From positions 64,001 through 128,000 of IMG/VR virus record IMGVR_UViG_3300032038_000001: a DNA stretch of 64,000 bases; one strand, written 5' to 3'. Below the pieces are notes generated by a model, which was not told the origin of the DNA, did no database searches, and saw only the letters and a program-made list of their open reading frames with translations. The DNA comes from a virus (lineage: Duplodnaviria; Caudoviricetes). Both the position numbers and the translations under genes were made by a program. This document shows positions 9,853 through 20,632 of this stretch, one piece after another (within the stretch, counting starts at the first letter, position 1; every line of letters begins with the position of its first letter).

Positions 9853-10656
9853 ATGTTAAATGATGAGTATTCGTATGAGCCAACTGATATTGACGACGAG
9901 CTCTTTCTGTCTGAGGTACCTCTTAATCTACTACAAAAATCTATTGAAACACAATTTCAAGACCCACTCGAAAATAGAAAGAGAGATTATATCCAGACGT
10001 ATATAACAAAATATGATTTTTCAAAACAAAATCTTGAAGGTGATGAGGCTGAAGAACTAGAGCAAATGAATGCTAGGTTCTTATCATTCATAACAAAAAT
10101 ATTTGATGTTTATTTAGGAATAGGATTTCCAGAATTAGAAGATATGGATGACGAAGAAGCACATGAACTTATTCTACAAACATATCGTTTCTTCATAAAA
10201 AATATAAAGAAGAATTTTGTTTATCTCATTTTTAATTACATTGATCAAAACTTGGAAGAGCTGGTTAATGATGATGAAATTTGTCCTAAGAAGAGAGATG
10301 TCACAACTCTCAATTTTAAAGGTGAAATTGAAAATGAGAATGATATTACAATCATATCTAATCTAGGTTCGGTTGTTTCTTATATTTTAAATCAAGACTT
10401 CTCCGTTGATGATTTCTTCGATTTAATAAAGTCTAACAGTAATTGTCTTGAAACAGAATATGTGGAAGAAAAGTTTGATGAATTTTTAATAACTGGAAAT
10501 TTTGTAAATAATTATATCAATATGGTTGATTCTAGTTTTAGAATTGAACTAGAATCAAAGATAAGAAATAAAATACTGAAAAAGTATCCTAAAAGAACAA
10601 GAAAAGAAATTGAAGACGAAATTGAAAATACGGAAATTGTTGATAACGAAGATTAA
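9853..10656 (+). CDS. hypothetical acidic protein
   Basis: 267-aa ORF with RBS. Confidence 0.8.
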   Translation: MLNDEYSYEPTDIDDELFLSEVPLNLLQKSIETQFQDPLENRKRDYIQTYITKYDFSKQNLEGDEAEELEQMNARFLSFITKIFDVYLGIGFPELEDMDDEEAHELILQTYRFFIKNIKKNFVYLIFNYIDQNLEELVNDDEICPKKRDVTTLNFKGEIENENDITIISNLGSVVSYILNQDFSVDDFFDLIKSNSNCLETEYVEEKFDEFLITGNFVNNYINMVDSSFRIELESKIRNKILKKYPKRTRKEIEDEIENTEIVDNED

Positions 10657-10767
10657 TGCTTAATGTGGTGGTTCATTAAGAAACTATTAATCAATTATAT
10701 AATATTTATTTGTATAAACACTAAGGTTTATATATAATCTTTTTAAAATCTGAAAGGAGTAATATCT

Positions 10768-11460
10768 ATGTTTTTTGGAAAAAACAATAATAACGGAGGA
10801 GTAAATGTTAACACATCATTTTATACCTCGTATAGTAATGAGTCATTACTTACTGTGGGTGGATGGAACCGAAATCTGTCAATAAAGCTTGCACCCTCAA
10901 CAGGTAAAGATGCAAATGGTCTAACACAGTATACTCAGGACCAGAATCAAATAATTAACACGAGTATACGGGAAGAAAATGCAATAGCTCTTCTTGAAGG
11001 CTATAAAGAAGTAATTCTTCCAGCTATTAAAGATAAGAAAGATGCTAAGATCACTATTTCAATAGGAAGTGGTGATACTAAAAAAGCACTTTCTATTATG
11101 TATAAGGATGGTAATGCAATCCTTGAACTGGCTACAAATATCAACGAGTCAGGTGTAACTGACGAAAGTCATGTTTATAAGCATACTTTTAATAAGAAGG
11201 GATATGCTGTTGATTATAAATGGGAAGATGGAACAGCGGAAGTAGTAGATACTGAAGCAGACCTTATTAACTTCATGAAGAAGATAGAGAAGATGCAGGA
11301 TTTAGTACCTACAACTGCTCATAGTATCAAGTATTCAGAAGCAAATAAGGCAGCATATAAAAATAATAATCAGAATAACAGTGATTATCAATCAAACTAT
11401 TCAGCACCGTCAAATACATTTAACGGTTCTGATATGGGCGATTTCCTGCCTTATTCGTAA
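10768..11460 (+). CDS. hypothetical protein, possible ssDNA-binding protein
   Basis: Beta-rich core, Asn/Gln-rich linker and an acidic-hydrophobic tail (DMGDFLPYS) reminiscent of SSB tails. Early motif TATATAATAT-N6-G at 10696-10712. Confidence 0.45.
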   Translation: MFFGKNNNNGGVNVNTSFYTSYSNESLLTVGGWNRNLSIKLAPSTGKDANGLTQYTQDQNQIINTSIREENAIALLEGYKEVILPAIKDKKDAKITISIGSGDTKKALSIMYKDGNAILELATNINESGVTDESHVYKHTFNKKGYAVDYKWEDGTAEVVDTEADLINFMKKIEKMQDLVPTTAHSIKYSEANKAAYKNNNQNNSDYQSNYSAPSNTFNGSDMGDFLPYS

Positions 11461-11534
11461 ATAAAAACCAAACGAGTGAAATTTAATATTAAATTTCACT
11501 CGTTTTTTTTGTAATAGAAAGGGGTTGATTAGTT

Positions 11535-12242
11535 ATGTCTGAACGTCATATATATGTCACATCTGATACCATATTCACAAATTCTCAATGTCTGTTTGTT
11601 GAATATAATGACGTTATTAAAATGCCAATGTTTGTACTCTTGTTAATTTTAAAAAATAATGAGAGTATGAAAAATATATTTGATATGAGAGAAATTGACT
11701 ATCTTTCACTTCCTGAGTTATATGAATGGTATACCACACGAAAACATATAAATTTTTTAGAAGATTTACCATTAAAGGTAAGTAATCTACCTGATAATTT
11801 TTTTGATGAGACATTGAATGATTTAATGCTTAAATCAAAAGATTTATATAATAACATTGGTGAATTAAGCTTTGCTGATGTAATACGTATGGTGATTGCT
11901 CAAGAAAAATTAGTTAAACGAATAGTAATTTATAATAAGGAAAATAATGATTTTATTCGTAATGATGTGCATGAAATGTACGGCGATCATGTTGAATTTA
12001 TATATGGAGATTTTCGAGAGGTTATTGAAAATATCCCTAATGATTCGACATATGTATTTTCAGATATAAATAAAATTAATATATTAGCAGAAATGGAAAG
12101 ATTAAATTTCGCATCTATTCTGATACCACATGGATATAGATATAATTCAATTGATAGTGAAACTTATAAAGTAAATTTTGAAGAATTACTTTCAAAGTTT
12201 ACATTTAAATATGAGTTTTTTAATCCAATTGCTATCAATTGA
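11535..12242 (+). CDS. hypothetical protein, possibly degenerate HAD fold
   Basis: LFVEYNDVI and YVFSD loosely recall HAD motifs I and IV. Confidence 0.55.
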   Translation: MSERHIYVTSDTIFTNSQCLFVEYNDVIKMPMFVLLLILKNNESMKNIFDMREIDYLSLPELYEWYTTRKHINFLEDLPLKVSNLPDNFFDETLNDLMLKSKDLYNNIGELSFADVIRMVIAQEKLVKRIVIYNKENNDFIRNDVHEMYGDHVEFIYGDFREVIENIPNDSTYVFSDINKINILAEMERLNFASILIPHGYRYNSIDSETYKVNFEELLSKFTFKYEFFNPIAIN

Positions 12243-12302
12243 TTTATAATAATCTAGAATACAATTTTTATAACAAGTTTTTTTGAGAGGAGTAGATTAA
12301 AT

Positions 12303-14396
12303 ATGAATAACTACGAAATTGATAAAAATATCAAGGAAGCTACTGTTGGAGTTGATATGAGCTCTGACGACGGTAGACGCTTTAAAAAAGAACCTAGGAT
12401 AAATGTAATATCAAAAGAAGAATTTGAAGAAAGAACTCAACAGGTATTTCATCTCCTGTGGAAGCATCTTTCAAAGTCGTTTGGTCCATATGGTGCTCCG
12501 ACTTTAATAAATAATTATCCTTATAGACACGTAACAAAAGATGGATATACAATAATGAAGCATCTTTCTATGGATTGCTCAGAAACTCTGGTTGACCAGG
12601 CTATTGCTGATATGGCGGCAGATATATGTGGTAGACTTAACTATTCAGTTGGTGATGGTACCACATCTGCAGTTATTGCAACAAATAGTATTTTCCAGAA
12701 TTATTGTAATTCTAAAAAGTGGTTTAAGGATAACTATATTCTTCCTCGTGACATACTTCAAAAGTATGCCATTATTAAAGAAGAACTTATTAAGCGTCTT
12801 CATGAAAAATCAAGACCAGTAACTAAAGAGAATTTATATCAGATAATTCATGATGTTGTCTATATATCAAGTAATGGTGATGAACAGATAACTGATTATA
12901 TATCTGATTTATATAGAGAACTTGGTTGCCCTGCTATTTCTTGTGCACTTTCTCCTGATGGTGTGACAAGAAAAACTTTGATAAGCGGCTATAAGTTCGA
13001 AGCAACGCTTACTGATAAGCTTTATATTAATTCAGATGATAATACATTAAAGTTAAATGAAGCAGATATTGTCATCTTTGAAACAAAGATAACACGTGAA
13101 ACTTATGAAACGATTCTCATGCCTCTCAATAATAATTGCAGAGCTAGAGGAAGACATCTTATAGTTATGGCACCTTATTATGATGAGATTGCTCTTAAAC
13201 AGGTTATTGCTCGTGATTTAAATAATGAGTATTCCAAGAATAAGGATATTAATATGATTCTTATGACATATCGTGCAACATCGGCACATGCTAAGAGAAT
13301 TATAAATGATTTTGCAGTTCTTGCAAATACACTTATAATTGATAGAGCTATAGAAAGGTCTATTAAGGACGATATTGCAGGTGGTAGACAAGTATTTGAG
13401 ATATTTAATATTGATAATAGAGATATACCGTCTATAAATAATATAGCGTTCCCCATTGATAATTCTACTGGTGATGTCCATGTTGTATATGACAATCCCA
13501 TTATTTTTACAGGTATAAATGAAGTTCCTGAAGGATTTTCTATTCCTAATCTTATAGATAATCCAATAAGGCTAGGATATGCAGGAGATATTTCTCTTGG
13601 TCTCGATTCTTCTGTATTCGGTAAGTTCTTCTATGATGAACATCGTTTTGATACAATATATCATGATGCAAAGGATATACTCGAAGCGACTGAGAAGAAG
13701 TATCAAAAGCTTGGAACATTCAATTACGAAGTTTCTCAGGCACAGGAAAGATTCTATTCATTGAATCTTAAGATGGGACTCATTGAAGTTGGTGCGGATA
13801 GTGAACTTTCACAGAAGCTGTTAAAAGATGCTGTGGATGATGCTATTAAGGCAGCAGCAAGTGCTTTTAATTTTGGAGTAATTAATGGATGCAATGTTGA
13901 CCTTATCTCGTGTATTGAAGAATCATTGCAGAGTAAACTTCATGAGAATACTGTTGATACTACTGACATAGTATTATACAAGATTCTCAGAGGTGGATTT
14001 AGAGATGTGTATAAGACAATACTCGATAGTGCTATAGGAAATTTTGAGATCGAAATCAATAAGTGCCCTAATGGTTTTCCTAAGGAACTTCATATTGGTA
14101 TGATTAAAAATATATTCCCTGATTATGATAAATTAAATGAACTTATCATGTCATTACTTAGTAAGGAAGATTCGTCTACAGATGAAGAAGTACACATCAA
14201 AACTTCTTTAATTGATCTTATTATAGACTATTCTGTTAAGTATGGTCTCGTGTTTGATGTAGCATCTAAGACTTTTACTAATAGAGTAATTAATTCTTGT
14301 AGAACTGATGAAGAAATCCTTAAGGCAACGATTGATTTGATTTCGCTGTTAATTACTGGAAATCAGATGGTTGTAACACAGAAACATAATTTCTAA
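12303..14396 (+). CDS. groEL: GroEL-like phage chaperonin
   Basis: SFGPYG, VTKDGYTI, VGDGTTSA and DAVDDAIKAAASA..GV..G. Confidence 0.92.
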   Translation: MNNYEIDKNIKEATVGVDMSSDDGRRFKKEPRINVISKEEFEERTQQVFHLLWKHLSKSFGPYGAPTLINNYPYRHVTKDGYTIMKHLSMDCSETLVDQAIADMAADICGRLNYSVGDGTTSAVIATNSIFQNYCNSKKWFKDNYILPRDILQKYAIIKEELIKRLHEKSRPVTKENLYQIIHDVVYISSNGDEQITDYISDLYRELGCPAISCALSPDGVTRKTLISGYKFEATLTDKLYINSDDNTLKLNEADIVIFETKITRETYETILMPLNNNCRARGRHLIVMAPYYDEIALKQVIARDLNNEYSKNKDINMILMTYRATSAHAKRIINDFAVLANTLIIDRAIERSIKDDIAGGRQVFEIFNIDNRDIPSINNIAFPIDNSTGDVHVVYDNPIIFTGINEVPEGFSIPNLIDNPIRLGYAGDISLGLDSSVFGKFFYDEHRFDTIYHDAKDILEATEKKYQKLGTFNYEVSQAQERFYSLNLKMGLIEVGADSELSQKLLKDAVDDAIKAAASAFNFGVINGCNVDLISCIEESLQSKLHENTVDTTDIVLYKILRGGFRDVYKTILDSAIGNFEIEINKCPNGFPKELHIGMIKNIFPDYDKLNELIMSLLSKEDSSTDEEVHIKTSLIDLIIDYSVKYGLVFDVASKTFTNRVINSCRTDEEILKATIDLISLLITGNQMVVTQKHNF

Positions 14397-14422
14397 GAGA
14401 TTGAGAGGGGATTTTTTAAATA

Positions 14423-15235
14423 ATGGCAAAATCCAAATATCAATCCATTGGCGAATTTATGTATTCCCCTTTTGGTCTTAATTCGTCAATGGAAAAAAAT
14501 AATAAATACGAAAGCTTGTATAATACATTTGTTAAAGCAAACAAGATATACATTGCTGGATATACTAATATTGAGGACTCATATTACGTTCACGTTAAAA
14601 TTCCGTCAGAATCCCAAAAAGATGGAAAATATGAGTATGATGTTGTAATAAGATTTTTCACAGATAAACCTGAACTTAAACGTGCTAATAGTTTAAGAGC
14701 ATATTATATGCAATTTTTCAGTAATAGTCCTAGTTTTATATATAAATACGCCGCTTTATATAAAAAAGAAGACTATTTAATCAAAGTTTTATATGATAAA
14801 CTTGATCCTGAATATAGCAATGTGATGCCCACTAAAACTAATGCAGATATGGAATTATCATATGATAAATCTATTTATTTTGCTTGTAAATTTTTATCAG
14901 ACGGGCGATTCAGATATTTAAATAAAGTTGGTCTTTTGCTTCAAAAAAAGAAGACACCTGCTAAGTTTTTCTCAGATATCTCCGATTTTCAGTCAATTAA
15001 ATTTGACCGCGAATTAATGGATGTTGAGAAAAAACTCAAGAGAGATATTCAAAATAAACGAACACCTGAGGAACATAAAGATCGGAAAAAACTTAATGAT
15101 TTAAAAAAAATACAGGCAGGTTCATCAACATTGAAAGACAAGACTCATACCTCTATATCTCGTAAACCTAAAATTACGGGCAATTCACATAAAAAAACAA
15201 AAATAGTTGCAAGAAAAACTACTAAAAAGAATTAG
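14423..15235 (+). CDS. hypothetical protein with basic C-terminal tail
   Basis: 270-aa ORF with RBS GAGAGGGG. Confidence 0.8.
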   Translation: MAKSKYQSIGEFMYSPFGLNSSMEKNNKYESLYNTFVKANKIYIAGYTNIEDSYYVHVKIPSESQKDGKYEYDVVIRFFTDKPELKRANSLRAYYMQFFSNSPSFIYKYAALYKKEDYLIKVLYDKLDPEYSNVMPTKTNADMELSYDKSIYFACKFLSDGRFRYLNKVGLLLQKKKTPAKFFSDISDFQSIKFDRELMDVEKKLKRDIQNKRTPEEHKDRKKLNDLKKIQAGSSTLKDKTHTSISRKPKITGNSHKKTKIVARKTTKKN

Positions 15236-15287
15236 TTATATATTATTTTTTTTGCAATTAATTATGTTTAGAGAGGGGCATATTCAC

Positions 15288-17030
15288 ATGGCAAAAAAGA
15301 AAAAAAATAGTGACGGAATCAATGGCTGGAAACCAACAAAAGAAAGTCAGATGATAGTCACTCAGGATGGTAAACTTTTTGTTTGCAACTTTGACAAAGT
15401 CTTCGGTTATCCAAACTTGGAAGTTTATAATCGATTTATTATAAACAGACAGGCGTATAAAAATCAGTTGCCGGTAATCATCAATTATATCAATTATTTT
15501 ATTAATTTTTACGACACTGATCATGAGCTTGTACTCGGATATTTGAAGGTTAAGTATGCACTGGACAAAAATAAGGAATTCAATCAGGACAATATGAAAG
15601 CATATATAGCTTTTTTATATGAAGTTATATTAACGCCGACTATTGTTGATAAGATAATTAGACTCACCGAGGATAATTATCATGAAGACATTGAAGCTGA
15701 AAGTGACGATAAAAAGAAATATCAGAAAAACAAGAAAAAATACCTTGAAAGTCTGGAATTCACTAATCAGCATGTTAAGATATTACTTTCAATATCATTA
15801 GCAATGAGAATTCTTTGTCCGGTGATTTTTCATTATTTCAGTATTAATAATATTAATGCTGGTAAAGATGATAACGAGTTATTTGATTTTTATCTTGGAT
15901 TATTTAAGCTATTCGGTTACGGTACAACTTTTGAGCTATATGATTCTGATAATAATCTTTTGAAATCTGACATTGACAGAAGTGTAATAGATGAAGCTCT
16001 TAAAAACGGTGAAATCTATTTCGATTCAACACTTAATAATCGTGAAGGATATAGAATAAAGGACAGTAATAACTATTATGCTCTTACACGAATCGATATG
16101 TATAATAAACTTTTCGTATATGTAAAAGCTAAAGTTCTTGAAAGCTACAGTAATAACTCGATAATTTTTGATCAGAGAGAAATAATGGGAAAAGATATAT
16201 ATTGGGTTATTAATAACTTCACGAAAAATATGTTAGTAAGTTCTATCATAGTCAAATATAAATTTGGTAGTAAAGAAGAAAAAACAAATATAATCGGTCT
16301 CAATAAGACTGTTTTAAAATATCAACTCAATTACTATCTCAAGGAACAGTATAAGAAAACAATGATTGAGGTTACTGATACAAAGAATTCTGATGAATTA
16401 TCTGGTGCGGATAAGATGCTTATGAATCTTACTAAACTTGATGAAGGAATTATGGTCTATGCTGATATAAATATTGACTCTACAGTCAATATGATAAAGA
16501 AGTTAATAGACATTCCGATATCTGATGAAGAAGTAAACTATTATATGAAACATCACGTGCCCTCTAAAATACAGATACAGTTGGTGTATTCATATTATAC
16601 AAAATATTTTCACTCGTATAGAGATTTAAACCTTTTAACACGACGTGATTATATAACTTTACTGTTATTATTGAAGAAAAAGTTACTTATTGAGTTAGGA
16701 TATGAGGAAGAAGATGGCACAATTCATCAAGCTGCATTACCTTATATTCTCACAGGTAATCTGGAGGATAAGTTAAACACTAGGATTATACGGAATAATA
16801 AGTTTATTTCTAAAGTGGAAGAATCCTATCTCTATAAGAACTTGGTTGAAACTAAGTTTTTCTTATTACAACAGATAAAACCTGATTATGTTTTATCTCT
16901 TCTGAGCAGTATTATCAATTCTAAATTCACATACATTGTATATGAAAGACCTGATTTATTAGGTCATGAGATAAACTATTCTGAAGATAAAATAAGTGAT
17001 GAACTTTTATTCTTCTTAAACAGTATATAA
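15288..17030 (+). CDS. probable promoter-specificity (sigma-like) subunit of non-virion RNAP (AR9 gp226 / phiKZ gp68-like)
   Basis: Large helical protein with its own early motif (15237). It lies two genes after the chaperonin, the same spacing as AR9 gp228/gp226. There is no motif-level proof. Confidence 0.5.
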   Translation: MAKKKKNSDGINGWKPTKESQMIVTQDGKLFVCNFDKVFGYPNLEVYNRFIINRQAYKNQLPVIINYINYFINFYDTDHELVLGYLKVKYALDKNKEFNQDNMKAYIAFLYEVILTPTIVDKIIRLTEDNYHEDIEAESDDKKKYQKNKKKYLESLEFTNQHVKILLSISLAMRILCPVIFHYFSINNINAGKDDNELFDFYLGLFKLFGYGTTFELYDSDNNLLKSDIDRSVIDEALKNGEIYFDSTLNNREGYRIKDSNNYYALTRIDMYNKLFVYVKAKVLESYSNNSIIFDQREIMGKDIYWVINNFTKNMLVSSIIVKYKFGSKEEKTNIIGLNKTVLKYQLNYYLKEQYKKTMIEVTDTKNSDELSGADKMLMNLTKLDEGIMVYADINIDSTVNMIKKLIDIPISDEEVNYYMKHHVPSKIQIQLVYSYYTKYFHSYRDLNLLTRRDYITLLLLLKKKLLIELGYEEEDGTIHQAALPYILTGNLEDKLNTRIIRNNKFISKVEESYLYKNLVETKFFLLQQIKPDYVLSLLSSIINSKFTYIVYERPDLLGHEINYSEDKISDELLFFLNSI

Positions 17031-17132
17031 ATATATAAAGAGTGTATAGAAAAATTTCTATGCACTCTTTATTTTTTATATTATTAATTACATCATCATA
17101 ACTTTATATACACAAGGAGGAAATATACAAAA

Positions 17133-17651
17133 ATGTCAGTAGAAAAACGAAATGAGTACATAAGTTGGCATGAATATTTTATGCTATTAGCTCAAGTGTC
17201 AGCTTTAAGAAGCAAAGACCCTAGATGTCAGGTCGGATGCTGTATCGTAGACCCAAATAATAATAAAGTTATTTCTCTTGGATATAATGGTTTCCCAAGA
17301 GGAATTAACGACGATACATTCCCATGGTCTAAATCATCAAATAAATATAGTGAACAAAAATTTGCATATGTAGTTCATGCTGAACTTAATGCAATATTGA
17401 ATGCTGGTAGAGCACTTAATGGTACACATATGTATGTAACCCACTTTCCATGTAACGAGTGTTGTAAAGCAATCATTCAGGCAGGGATAACCGACATATT
17501 TTATCTAAATGATTATGATGGAGGAAGTGAGTCTACAACTGCATCAATCAATATGATGAATGCAGTTAAAATAAATATACATCGGATTAAAAAATCCGAT
17601 TTTGATTTAGTTGATTATATGGATAAATATAGTAAAGATAGAAATAATTAA
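17133..17651 (+). CDS. dCMP deaminase
   Basis: SWHEYFM, RSKDP..QVG, GYNGFP, VHAELNA and PCNEC. Confidence 0.95.
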   Translation: MSVEKRNEYISWHEYFMLLAQVSALRSKDPRCQVGCCIVDPNNNKVISLGYNGFPRGINDDTFPWSKSSNKYSEQKFAYVVHAELNAILNAGRALNGTHMYVTHFPCNECCKAIIQAGITDIFYLNDYDGGSESTTASINMMNAVKINIHRIKKSDFDLVDYMDKYSKDRNN

Positions 17652-17694
17652 TCTATATTATTCATATAAAAATAATTGGTACTTTAAACCAACA

Positions 17695-17736
17695 TAATAC
17701 TTGATGCAATGATATGCATCAAGTATTATTTTTTTA
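17695..17736 (+). terminator. intrinsic terminator
   Basis: TAATACTTGATGCA/TGCATCAAGTATTA followed by a T-tract. Confidence 0.75.
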
Positions 17737-17830
17737 TTTGTTCTTTAATTAAGAATTTCTTTTTATAAAATTAAATAAAAAATGGAGAATTACATTTATT
17801 TAATTCATTTCAGAAAGGAAGAATTAAAAT

Positions 17831-18061
17831 ATGACAATTACTGTTTATAGTACTGGCTGTCCTAAATGTAAAGTACTTGAAACAAAATTAAAGCAAAAAA
17901 ATATTAAATATACGATAAATAATGATATTGAAGTAATGAAATCACTTGGATTTTCAACAGTACCGATGATGGTTGTTGAATACGTTGACCGAGATACCGA
18001 AACATTTGATTTTAAAGGAGCCATTGAATGGGCTAATTCTATGGATTATCAAGTTGAATAA
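17831..18061 (+). CDS. nrdH: glutaredoxin-like protein NrdH
   Basis: VYSTGCPKC and cis-Pro TVP; directly upstream of nrdD. Confidence 0.85.
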   Translation: MTITVYSTGCPKCKVLETKLKQKNIKYTINNDIEVMKSLGFSTVPMMVVEYVDRDTETFDFKGAIEWANSMDYQVE

Positions 18062-18089
18062 ATTTTTTTAGAAAGGATTTGAATATATC

Positions 18090-20024
18090 ATGGATATTCG
18101 GTTAAATACTGGTAGAGATTTTGATTTTGCTATTGATAATTTACGAAGAAAGTATGGAGAGAGTTTTGAATATCTTAATGGACTTCATCCGACACAATTA
18201 AATTTTTCCAACTTTATTGATGCTTTTATTGATAAAAACGTTGCTGATGTTACTATAGACGGAAATGCGAATGCACATCATAAAGATGTTGTTTCATTGG
18301 AAGCTGAAAAAGATAAGTCTATAGATAAGCTTTTTGCAGCGAACAAAATTTTTTATGAAATGGAAAAGAAGTATGGACAACAAACTGCTAGAGAATGGCT
18401 TGAAACCGAATGGACTGGTGGATTTTATTTACATGATTTCCCATCAGCAACATTAAAGCCATATTGCTATGCATATGATTTAGACAGACTTGCAAGAGAA
18501 GGTCTATTCTTTATTGAAAATTATAATTATAAACCCGCGCAGCATTTAACTACATGGTTTGATGATGTGATAGAATATATTTCATACATGTCAAATAGAA
18601 CTTCTGGTGCTGTAGGGTTGCCTAATGTACTAGTATGGGCATTTTATTTCTGGAAAAAAGATACTGAAACTGGATACTGTATTAAGAATCCTGAATATCA
18701 TATAAGACAAAATTTCCAGAAATTTATTCATAGACTGAATCAGCCGTTTATGCGTGTTGACCAAAGTGCGTTTACGAATGTATCAATTTTTGATAGATAT
18801 TACTTGGAAGAATTATTTGGCGGACTTGAGTTTCCCGATGGTTCTCTGGCTATTGATTATATTGATGAGATACTTAACCTTGAAAAAATTTACATGGAAG
18901 TAACATCTGAAGTTCGTAATGAAAATATGTTCACATTTCCTGTATTAACTTATTCTCTTTTATATGATTACGAAAATGAGAAATTTGTTGATGAAGAATT
19001 TGCAAGGTGGTGTTCTGATCATAATTGTCAGTGGAATGATAGTAACTTCTTCATTTCGGATAATGTTGGTGTACTGAGTAATTGCTGTAGACTTCTCAGT
19101 GATACATCTAAACTGGATGCATTTATTAATTCTATTGGTGGTACAGCATTGTCAATAGGTAGTGTTAAGGTTAACACTATTAATCTTATGCATATATTCT
19201 ATGAACTTGGTGATAATATTGATAAGGCAGCTTATCTTAAAATACTTAAGGACCGAGTTATTCTTTGCTGTAAAACACTTGATAGAGTACGACACATAAT
19301 TAAAAGAAACCATGAAAAGGGCATATTACCCAACTATGTTGAAGGCGGAATTGAGATGAGCAAGCAGTATTGCACTGTTGGTATGCTTGGTCTTTATGAA
19401 GTAATTAAATCTTTTGGTTTTACATCTGAAGATGAGTTTGGAAACATTTCATATACTGATGAGGGAATACAGTTTGCTGAAGAGATTTTTAGTGTTATAA
19501 ACACTACAAAGGATAACTTTACCGATGAATATTCGTTTAACCTTGAGTCAGTACCTGCTGAAAGAGCAGCTGTTATTCTTTGTGCAAAAGATAACTTACT
19601 GTTTAATAGGGACAGTGATACATTTATATACTCTAATCAATGGATTCCTCTTACTGCTAAGTGTACAATTCAAGAGAAGATAAGGTTATCGTCAATTCTT
19701 GATAAAAAATGTGGTGGTGGCGCAATCGCTCACATTAATATAGAAAATAATTTTCCCAATACGGATATGGCTTGGGATATGCTTAATGAAATTGCAAGAA
19801 AAGGCGTTATGTACTTTGCATTCAACACAAGAATAAATGTGTGTGAAAATCACCATGGCTTTGTTGGAACAAATATATGTCCAACCTGCGGAAAACCTGT
19901 ATATGATACGTATCAGCGTATAGTTGGATTCCTTGTTCCGTCAAAAGCATATTCTAAAGAAAGGTTTAAAGAGTTTAATGCGAGACAATGGTACTCATTT
20001 GCACAACTCAGGAATGAAGGATGA
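18090..20024 (+). CDS. nrdD: anaerobic (class III) ribonucleotide reductase, no ATP cone
   Basis: YLHD..PYC, FTFPV, SNCCRL, ESVPAE, Zn-site C..H...CPTCG and glycyl-radical loop RIVGFL. Confidence 0.95.
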   Translation: MDIRLNTGRDFDFAIDNLRRKYGESFEYLNGLHPTQLNFSNFIDAFIDKNVADVTIDGNANAHHKDVVSLEAEKDKSIDKLFAANKIFYEMEKKYGQQTAREWLETEWTGGFYLHDFPSATLKPYCYAYDLDRLAREGLFFIENYNYKPAQHLTTWFDDVIEYISYMSNRTSGAVGLPNVLVWAFYFWKKDTETGYCIKNPEYHIRQNFQKFIHRLNQPFMRVDQSAFTNVSIFDRYYLEELFGGLEFPDGSLAIDYIDEILNLEKIYMEVTSEVRNENMFTFPVLTYSLLYDYENEKFVDEEFARWCSDHNCQWNDSNFFISDNVGVLSNCCRLLSDTSKLDAFINSIGGTALSIGSVKVNTINLMHIFYELGDNIDKAAYLKILKDRVILCCKTLDRVRHIIKRNHEKGILPNYVEGGIEMSKQYCTVGMLGLYEVIKSFGFTSEDEFGNISYTDEGIQFAEEIFSVINTTKDNFTDEYSFNLESVPAERAAVILCAKDNLLFNRDSDTFIYSNQWIPLTAKCTIQEKIRLSSILDKKCGGGAIAHINIENNFPNTDMAWDMLNEIARKGVMYFAFNTRINVCENHHGFVGTNICPTCGKPVYDTYQRIVGFLVPSKAYSKERFKEFNARQWYSFAQLRNEG

Positions 20025-20509
20025 GAATTAGATATATTCGTGATGAAGATTTTTCAAATTATAAAAAAATCTCCATGTTGATAGGAATGGGAGTATGTGA
20101 TTGGAAATGTTGCGAAGAAGCTAATATACCTGTATCTGTATGTCAAAATTCGGAACTTGCTAGAGTTCCTGAATTAGATTATCCTATTGAGGAAATTTTT
20201 AAACGTTATATAAATAATCATATAACAAAATCAATTGTACTTGGTGGACTTGAACCATTACTTAGAAAAGATGATGTACTCGAATTAATTAAATATTTTA
20301 GAGATAATCAATGTGAAGATGATATAGTTATATACACAGGTTACTATCAATCAGAGGTGGAGAAATTCATTACAGATTTACTGAATTTGCATGTAAAAAA
20401 TGTTTATATTAAATTTGGTAGATATGTACCAGAACTCCCATCTCATAAAGATGATGTACTAGGTGTTCAATTGATAAGTAGTAACCAGTATGGAATTCAA
20501 ATATGTTAG
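20021..20509 (+). CDS. nrdG: class III RNR activase (radical SAM)
   Basis: CDWKC..CQN, GGLEPL, YTGY, KFGRY and SSNQ; overlaps the nrdD stop. Confidence 0.9.
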   Translation: MRIRYIRDEDFSNYKKISMLIGMGVCDWKCCEEANIPVSVCQNSELARVPELDYPIEEIFKRYINNHITKSIVLGGLEPLLRKDDVLELIKYFRDNQCEDDIVIYTGYYQSEVEKFITDLLNLHVKNVYIKFGRYVPELPSHKDDVLGVQLISSNQYGIQIC

Positions 20510-20632
20510 TATAAACAATACATTATTATAACTATTCCTTTCATTTTTTTTATTACTCCTATTATATATATATGACGAAGAGACTGTGTGCGAAGGTCTC
20601 TTCGTCATTACCCCTTTATATATCTTTAAAAA

